Positions 57,822-64,000 of a stretch of 64,000 nt of DNA are shown here, piece after piece. The stretch comes from an uncultured Verrucomicrobiae bacterium (GTDB lineage: Bacteria > Verrucomicrobiota > Verrucomicrobiia > Chthoniobacterales > Chthoniobacteraceae). A model generated the notes under the pieces. It saw only the letters and a program-made list of their open reading frames with translations, was not told the origin of the DNA and searched no databases. Positions within the stretch are counted from its first letter, which is position 1, and each line of letters opens with the position of its first letter. The stretch is from NCBI GenBank assembly GCA_963836755.1, contig CAWIKF010000002.1:1920001-1984000 (forward strand). Reading direction: 5' to 3'. A program made the position numbers and the translations under genes.

Positions 57822-58811
57822 TCAAAGCGGACGAATCGAAACTGGCCGCTGTGCTTTCGAATCCTGCGGCATCAGCGCCGCCACGCGCTCCATCGACTGA
57901 CGCGCGTTCTGCACAAACGTGTTGTTCTCTCCAAACTTTGCCCACGGTCCCTGCGGCACTTCGTCGAAGTCGACGAATTTCCAATCCGTCACGTCCGTTC
58001 CGTTCATGCCCAGATAATCGCGGACAGCCGGCGAAACATCGAGGCCCGCGCCCTGATTCAGATTCGGCTTCGGACGTTCGCTGCCGAAAACATACTCGAC
58101 GTGATCGGTGCGGAAAGGCCCGGCATCTTCCCACTGCGCGTAGCAGACTTTGTTTCCAAAGCGAATCGCGATCCACCGGTCTTTGCAAACCGACTTGTCC
58201 GGCCCTTTATAATCTTTTTGAAACCAGGGAATCTTTTTCGATGCCTCGGCTTTGTGAGCGCCGTGCTCCATATCATTATAGGGAAGCGCGATGTAGAAAG
58301 GATTCTGCGCCGGCGTAAATGCCGCAGGCGTAAAGTCGCTCGTGCGGTTCGCCATTTTCGGTTCGTCGGTGCCGCCATAATTTTTCGCCCATTTCGGATC
58401 CCACGAACTCGCCTGGTTGGGCACCGGATTATTTTTTGACGGATTTTCGCCAACCCAAAATGTCGTAGTCACGATCTGCCGCTTCCACGGATAACGCGTG
58501 TTCATGTCTTCCGCCGATAACGGCACCGTCGTCTTGTTGAGGACGCTGCTCGGCACGCTCGATTCCGCAGCGTTCATGATCGAGCGATTGAGTTTCAAAG
58601 GCGCCGCGTCATCCTTTGTCGGAGGAGGATCCAGCGACGCATCGCCGGCCGTAAGGCCCGAGCCGTTGTGCCGATGCGATTTGCTAAACTCGCTTTCGCT
58701 GCCTTTCTTGGCTTTTTTTTGCACTTCCGGCTTGGCCTGACCGTGCGAAATCATCGCGGCAAGCGACGAAAAAATAATCGCGACGACGTGGAGGAATCGT
58801 TTCGGAATCAT
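57822..58811 (-). CDS. Secreted protein with RlpA/double-psi beta-barrel-like C-terminal domain
   Basis: Signal peptide; YIALP, AQWEDAGP, LDVSPAV..LG; alternative start 58844. Confidence 0.7.
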   Translation of the reverse strand: MIPKRFLHVVAIIFSSLAAMISHGQAKPEVQKKAKKGSESEFSKSHRHNGSGLTAGDASLDPPPTKDDAAPLKLNRSIMNAAESSVPSSVLNKTTVPLSAEDMNTRYPWKRQIVTTTFWVGENPSKNNPVPNQASSWDPKWAKNYGGTDEPKMANRTSDFTPAAFTPAQNPFYIALPYNDMEHGAHKAEASKKIPWFQKDYKGPDKSVCKDRWIAIRFGNKVCYAQWEDAGPFRTDHVEYVFGSERPKPNLNQGAGLDVSPAVRDYLGMNGTDVTDWKFVDFDEVPQGPWAKFGENNTFVQNARQSMERVAALMPQDSKAQRPVSIRPL

Positions 58812-58929
58812 AATTTTTCTCCTCTGCGGCGCCCTTGTCTCCATCTAGCCGCCAACTAATATTCGCTTCAGGCGCGCGTTATGCGCCCTTCCGCGTCAAT
58901 TTTCAGCGGCTTTGTGCCACAACCTTTGA

Positions 58930-60324
58930 CTATGCCGCAGCTGCCGGTTTTCGCAAGGCTTGACGCAAAAAGTTCGCGCCCAAATCCCACATCGGCCCCG
59001 GAAATTTTCGGCAGTCGTTCATCACCGCGTCGAGTGCATCCACAAATAACCCGACTTCTTTTTCGCCAATCATCAACGGCGGCAAAATTTTGATCACGTC
59101 GAGCCCGTGCGCGGCCACCTGCGACAGGATCCGGTGCTTGTTCAACAAAGCGGTAACCACCATTTGGGCGAACAACTCGGACTCGATCTTGTGCAAAATT
59201 TTCCATCCCGCCCGCAGCGCCAACTCGCGCGGCTCGTGGAATTCGACCGCGATGATCAAACCCTTTCCGCGGACTTCCTTGATGAAAGAATGTTTCGCCT
59301 TCAGCGCCTCGAGCCGCTGCACGAGCAGTGCACCCATTCGCGCCGCGTTTTCCACCAGCTTTTCCTCCTCGATCACCTGCAGCGTCGCGAGCCCGCATGC
59401 CATCGCGAGATTGTTGCGACCAAAGGTCGAGGAATGCACGACGCAGCGGTCGAGCCGGCTGAAAGTTTTCTGGTAAATGGCGCGCCGCATCACAATTGCG
59501 CCGACCGGCACGTAGCCGCCGCTCAGCGATTTCGCAATCGTGATGATGTCCGGCTCGAGATCGTAATTTTCAAAACCCCACCAGCGGCCGGTGCGGCCGA
59601 GCCCGGTCTGCACCTCGTCGCAAATCAGCAGCGAGCCATGCTTGCGGCAAAGATGCTGCGCCTCGCGAAAAAAGTCGTCCCGCGGAAACTGCACCCCTTT
59701 TCCTTGCACCGCTTCGATCACGACTGCCGCGTGACGGCCCGTTGCAAGCTCTGCCTGGAGCGTCGAAAGATCGCCGGTCTTTAGCCGCGTGCAGTCTTCG
59801 AGAAACGGTCCGAATCCCTCGCGAAACGAATCGTTTCCCATCAGCGAAAGCGCGCCCATGCTCAACCCGTGAAACGCGCCGCTGAGCGAAATGAATCCGG
59901 CTCTGCCAGTCGCGGCGCGCGCAAACTTTAACGCGCCTTCCAACGCCTCAGCACCGGAATTGCAGAAAAAGACCGCGTCCAGATGGGCCGGAAGCCGCTT
60001 CAGCAAAGCCTCCGCGAGCAATCCGCTCAACAGCGAGCAATCCATTTGAACCATGTTCGGCAAGTCCAGATCGAGCGCGTCGCGCAGCGCCTTCTTCACC
60101 GCCGGATGGTTACGACCGATGTTGAACACGCTGTAACCGCTCAGAAAATCGAGATAAGCGTTTCCGTCGAGATCGTAAAGATAGGCGCCCTGCGCATTCG
60201 CGTAAATTTTGTCAAAACCGATCATCCGCTGCACCTGCACGAGCGTGCGATTGATGTGACGTTCGTGCAGATCGTAATTCTCGCCGAGGCGTTCGGCCAC
60301 GAGCTGTTTGAGGTCGAGCGGCAT
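58930..60324 (-). CDS. hpnO: Class III aminotransferase, HpnO-like (aminobacteriohopanetriol synthase)
   Basis: LH.RHIN..LV.V...IGFD, LDLPNMVQMD.S.L.G.LA, DEVQTG.GRTG, VVH.STFG.N. Confidence 0.75.
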   Translation of the reverse strand: MPLDLKQLVAERLGENYDLHERHINRTLVQVQRMIGFDKIYANAQGAYLYDLDGNAYLDFLSGYSVFNIGRNHPAVKKALRDALDLDLPNMVQMDCSLLSGLLAEALLKRLPAHLDAVFFCNSGAEALEGALKFARAATGRAGFISLSGAFHGLSMGALSLMGNDSFREGFGPFLEDCTRLKTGDLSTLQAELATGRHAAVVIEAVQGKGVQFPRDDFFREAQHLCRKHGSLLICDEVQTGLGRTGRWWGFENYDLEPDIITIAKSLSGGYVPVGAIVMRRAIYQKTFSRLDRCVVHSSTFGRNNLAMACGLATLQVIEEEKLVENAARMGALLVQRLEALKAKHSFIKEVRGKGLIIAVEFHEPRELALRAGWKILHKIESELFAQMVVTALLNKHRILSQVAAHGLDVIKILPPLMIGEKEVGLFVDALDAVMNDCRKFPGPMWDLGANFLRQALRKPAAAA

Positions 60325-60336
60325 AAGTCGCGGAAT

Positions 60337-61287
60337 CTAAATTGCGCTCGATGAGGGGTCAACCGCCAGCGCCTCGCGCGCCGCGATCGCATCCCGCGCG
60401 ATCTGCGCTTTCAGCTCATCCAGCCCGGCAAATTTTTGTTCCGGCCGGAGGAATTTTCGAAAAAAAATCTCCACTTCATCACCATAAATATCTTCGTGAA
60501 AATCGAAGAGGTGAAGCTCCAGCAGCCGCTTCCCAGCTGATTCCGCGACTGTCGGCCGAACGCCGATATTCGCCACGCCGCGGAGCACGCGCGCGCGGTG
60601 GCGCGCCTCGACCGCATAGACGCCGTCGGGCGGAAATTGTTCGTTATGCGCGGAGAGATTCGCGGTTGGGAAGCCGAGTGTGCGACCGATTCCATCACCT
60701 TTGACGACGGTGCCCAGAATGGAATACTCGCGGCCCAAAAACTTCGCCGCGCGCGCAAAATCGCCGTTTTCGATCGCGCTGCGGATCAAAGTGCTGCTGA
60801 CAATTTCCTCGCCGGCTCGCACTGCAGCGACGCCGACTTCATCGAAACCGAGTTTGCCGCCGAGGCGCTTCAAAAGCGCCAAATCTCCCGAACGGCTTTT
60901 GCCGAAACACCATTCGTAGCCGACGCAAATTTCCCGCAACGGATGACAGGCGTCATGCAGCTGTTCAACAAACTGATCAGGCTCCATGTCGGCAAAGTTT
61001 GGCGTAAAGTTGATCACGAGCGCGTGCTCGATCCCGAGCAACGCGATCAACTGCAACTTGTGTTGCGTGGCTGTCAGCAATCGCGGCGCGTTCTCCGGAC
61101 GCAGGACGCGCGCAGGATGCGGATCAAAGGTGACGGCGACCGCCGTGCCGCCATGTTTCTGAGCATCCGCGGCGGCCCGGCCGATCACGGCCTGGTGCCC
61201 GAGATGCACGCCATCGAACACGCCGATCGCCAGGAAAATCGGCCCGGGAATGTCCGCAAGTTCCGGAATGGAATGCAGAACTCTCAT
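60337..61287 (-). CDS. ribF: Bifunctional riboflavin kinase/FAD synthetase
   Basis: FDGVHLGH, SSTLIR, GFPTAN, GVRPT. Confidence 0.97.
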   Translation of the reverse strand: MRVLHSIPELADIPGPIFLAIGVFDGVHLGHQAVIGRAAADAQKHGGTAVAVTFDPHPARVLRPENAPRLLTATQHKLQLIALLGIEHALVINFTPNFADMEPDQFVEQLHDACHPLREICVGYEWCFGKSRSGDLALLKRLGGKLGFDEVGVAAVRAGEEIVSSTLIRSAIENGDFARAAKFLGREYSILGTVVKGDGIGRTLGFPTANLSAHNEQFPPDGVYAVEARHRARVLRGVANIGVRPTVAESAGKRLLELHLFDFHEDIYGDEVEIFFRKFLRPEQKFAGLDELKAQIARDAIAAREALAVDPSSSAI

Positions 61288-61295
61288 TGAGGGCG

Positions 61296-62009
61296 TTACG
61301 CGCCACGAAGACGCGAAACTTCCGGGAGCGTCAAAATTCTGTCGGCGATGTCGCTCGGATCTTTCGTAAGCAAATCGTCGACAGTCACGGAGCGGGTCAA
61401 GTCGAAGCGGCCCGATTTTGTGCGGCGCAAATTTTTCAAATGCGCTCCGCATCCAAGCTCTGCGCCAATGTCGTGCGCATAAGTGCGGACGTAAAAACCT
61501 TTGCTGCACACGACGCGAAAATCGATTTCCGGCAGCCGCACATTTTGAATTTCGTGTGCAAAGACATGCACGAAACGCGGCTCCCGCTCGACCGTTTTGC
61601 CTTGCCGCGCGAGCTTGTAAAGCGCGACGCCGTCTTTCTTGATCGCCGAAACCATCGGTGGCATCTGGTAAAAATCGCCGTCAAACTTTTTGAAAGCCGC
61701 TTCGATTTTTGCCGGCTCCAGCTCAGGCACCGGCAACGTTTTCAGCACTTCGCCATCCGCGTCCTGGCTCGCGGTGGTGACGCCGAGCCGCAGCGTGCCG
61801 ATGTATTCCTTGTCCTCGGCCATGAGCAAATCCTGGATCTTTGTCCCGCGTCCGAGGACGATGATCAACAGGCCGGTTGCAAGCGGGTCGAGCGTGCCGC
61901 AATGGCCGACTTTTCTGAAATTCAGCTGCCGGCGCACGATCGCGACGACGTCATGCGAAGTCATCGCCGGCGCTTTGTCCACGAGGAGGACGCCATCAAG
62001 TTCAGTCAT
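61296..62009 (-). CDS. truB: tRNA pseudouridine(55) synthase
   Basis: GHCGTLDP, PPMVSAIK, CSKG.YVR. Confidence 0.98.
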   Translation of the reverse strand: MTELDGVLLVDKAPAMTSHDVVAIVRRQLNFRKVGHCGTLDPLATGLLIIVLGRGTKIQDLLMAEDKEYIGTLRLGVTTASQDADGEVLKTLPVPELEPAKIEAAFKKFDGDFYQMPPMVSAIKKDGVALYKLARQGKTVEREPRFVHVFAHEIQNVRLPEIDFRVVCSKGFYVRTYAHDIGAELGCGAHLKNLRRTKSGRFDLTRSVTVDDLLTKDPSDIADRILTLPEVSRLRGA

Positions 62010-62979
62010 TAATTTCATCAGCGATAGCTTGTAAAACTTTGTCACGCACGTCGTTGATTGAGCCACTCGTGCGTGCGCCTGCGGCGAGTGTGTGTCCGCC
62101 GCCGCCGAAGAGTGCGCAAACTTTGCAGACATCGACGCGCGGACTTTTCGAACGAAGGCTGATGCGCACTTTTTCGCCGGGGAGTTCTTCGAAAAAAGCC
62201 GCAACAAGCACGCCATCGATCGCGCGGATGTGATCGATCAGTCCCTCAGTGTCCTCCGGTTGCGCGGCGGCGCGGTTCATCATTTCCGCCGTGAGTGCAA
62301 AGCTTGCGACACGCGAGTTGGAAGTAAATTGCAGGACGTTCAGCAGCTGACGCAATAGTTCGATGCGGCGCAGCGGATAGCTCTCATACATCTGCTGCGA
62401 AAGTTTGCCGACATTGACGCCAGCTTTGGTCAGCTCTGCGCCGATTTCGTAAGTTCGTGCGGTGGTGCTTGGATATTGAAACGAGCCGGTGTCGGTCGAG
62501 ATGGCGACAAAAAGATTTTCGGCCATCTCGCGATCGAGCGGCAGATTTTGCGATGCGAACAATTCATACAGAATCTGTCCGGTCGCTGGCGCTAATGTGT
62601 CGATGAATGCGAGATCGCCGTAACTATTGTTGCTGACGTGATGATCGATGTTGATCCAAGTCGAAGCACGTTTGACGGCCGTTAAACAAGTGCCAAGACG
62701 CTCCTGGGCGGCTGTGTCGAGCGCGATCGCGACGTCGAATTCCTGTGGCTCGGCGGGCGGCTGCATGATCAAATCGGAGCAGGGGAGGAAGGCATATTTT
62801 TTAATCATCCCGTCCTGATTCCAGACCGTCACGTCTTTGCCGAGTCGGCGTAAACAAAGAGCCATCGCGAGCTCGCAGCCCAACGCATCTCCGTCGGGTC
62901 GCACGTGGCTCATGACTACGAAGCGTTGCTGTTTGTGCAACACTGCCGCGATCTCGCCAAGCGAGCAGCTACTCTTCAT
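62002..62979 (-). CDS. nrnA: DHH/DHHA1 phosphoesterase (NrnA-like nanoRNase)
   Basis: HVRPDGDA, IDHH, TDTGSF, GGGH..AAG. Confidence 0.93.
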   Translation of the reverse strand: MKSSCSLGEIAAVLHKQQRFVVMSHVRPDGDALGCELAMALCLRRLGKDVTVWNQDGMIKKYAFLPCSDLIMQPPAEPQEFDVAIALDTAAQERLGTCLTAVKRASTWINIDHHVSNNSYGDLAFIDTLAPATGQILYELFASQNLPLDREMAENLFVAISTDTGSFQYPSTTARTYEIGAELTKAGVNVGKLSQQMYESYPLRRIELLRQLLNVLQFTSNSRVASFALTAEMMNRAAAQPEDTEGLIDHIRAIDGVLVAAFFEELPGEKVRISLRSKSPRVDVCKVCALFGGGGHTLAAGARTSGSINDVRDKVLQAIADEIND

Positions 62980-63319
62980 CCGGCGGGATTTCGATCTGGT
63001 TCAAAATTTCGATGATCCGCGCGCCGCGCTCAATCGATTCGTCGAGGCGGAAATGCAGGTGCGGCGTGTATTTTAAAATCACGCGCTTCGAGACTTCGTG
63101 CTGCAGGAGCCGCCGGTTTTCCGCGAGCTTCGTAATGACAGAATTCCGTTCCGCGTCCGACCCGATCGCGCTCACATAGACGTGCGCGTTTTTCAAATCC
63201 GGCGTGACGTCGACGCTCTGCACGGTCACGAGCGTGGCCTTGAAAGTGACTTCGCGTGGGATGATTTCGCCGAGTTCTCGCTTGAGGATTTCGTTGACGC
63301 GTTCGAGCCGATGTTTCAT
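62969..63319 (-). CDS. rbfA: Ribosome-binding factor A
   Basis: RLERVNE, VTPDL..A.VY, YTP.L.F..D.SIERG. Confidence 0.97.
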   Translation of the reverse strand: MKHRLERVNEILKRELGEIIPREVTFKATLVTVQSVDVTPDLKNAHVYVSAIGSDAERNSVITKLAENRRLLQHEVSKRVILKYTPHLHFRLDESIERGARIIEILNQIEIPPDEE

Positions 63320-63388
63320 GGAATGAGAATGGTTATGACGGCTTGAGGACGACGTTTCCGTCCGCCAATCCACCGTCCGTCTGCGCGC

Positions 63389-64000
63389 TTACAGCTTCTG
63401 CGCGACCTTCTCCAGCGTGTAGCACTCGATGATGTCGCCGGGTTCGTATTCGGTGAAATCGCCGAGTTTGATGCCGCATTCGAGACCGTTGCGGACTTCT
63501 TTGACGTCGTCCTGGAAACGACGCAGCGTCGCGATGCCGCCGTCGTAAATCGGCTGCTTCCCGCGCAGCACGCGGGCGCGGGCGGAACGCGAGATGCGGC
63601 CGTCGATGACAATGGATCCGGCGACGAGGCCGCGCGACAGCTCGAACACTTTTTTGACTTCGGCGTGGCCGATAGTCGTTTCGCGCGTCTCGGGATCGAG
63701 CAGGCCGGCCATCGCTTCCTTCACCTGATCGATCAACTCGTAGATGATCGAGTAAAGTTTGATCTGCACGCCTTCACGCTTTGCCGCGTTTGATGCGCTG
63801 TTTTCGACTTTGACGTTGAAGCCGATCACGATCGCATTCGACGCGGTCGCGAGCAAAATATCCGATTCCGTGACAGGACCGACCGCGCTGTGGATGATCT
63901 CGAGATCGATCTTTTTGCTATCGATTTGCTTGAGCGAATGGAGCAGCGCTTCGAGCGAACCTTGCACGTCGGCCTTTAAAACAACGTTTAACGACTTGCG
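63389..64000 (-). CDS. infB: Translation initiation factor IF-2, C-terminal part (runs off window)
   Basis: KADVQGS, YSIIYEL, LRRFQDDVKEV..G.ECGI. Confidence 0.98.
   Translation of the reverse strand, partial: RKSLNVVLKADVQGSLEALLHSLKQIDSKKIDLEIIHSAVGPVTESDILLATASNAIVIGFNVKVENSASNAAKREGVQIKLYSIIYELIDQVKEAMAGLLDPETRETTIGHAEVKKVFELSRGLVAGSIVIDGRISRSARARVLRGKQPIYDGGIATLRRFQDDVKEVRNGLECGIKLGDFTEYEPGDIIECYTLEKVAQKL

Noticed and set aside
1..64000. CRISPR arrays, rRNA, prophage, transposases, known defence systems
   Set aside because: No repeat-spacer periodicity or recognisable proteins of these classes were seen

Overview
Bacterial chromosomal segment, probably from Verrucomicrobiota (inferred from GC-rich housekeeping genes with few visible Shine-Dalgarno motifs, bactofilin pairs and the RsmA-NUDIX fusion). 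It is mostly core genes: rpoN, an NtrC-type regulator, gyrA, rsmA, acpP, trpA, dapFAB-folK-panB, accA, nadE, pilMNOP-like, pfk, guaA, tRNA-Arg(CCG) and infB-rbfA-nrnA-truB-ribF-hpnO. The standout is a compositionally distinct nine-gene cluster (5564-15129). Its products can be ordered into an apparently complete, dehydratase-free route: L-galactose -> L-galactonate -> D-tagaturonate -> D-fructuronate -> D-mannonate -> D-gluconate -> 6-phosphogluconate. The route would use a LarA-family (nickel-pincer) epimerase, with a cyclase-family protein as the candidate missing lactonase. Other notable items are back-to-back sigma54 promoters driving rpoN and a pair of paralogous secreted coiled-coil microproteins, an STT3-like oligosaccharyltransferase with a WWD->WWI change, a zinc-ribbon bactofilin and several divergent peptidoglycan-type enzymes. 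No CRISPR array, rRNA, integrase or transposase was seen. All family assignments come from motif recognition by eye, not database searches.
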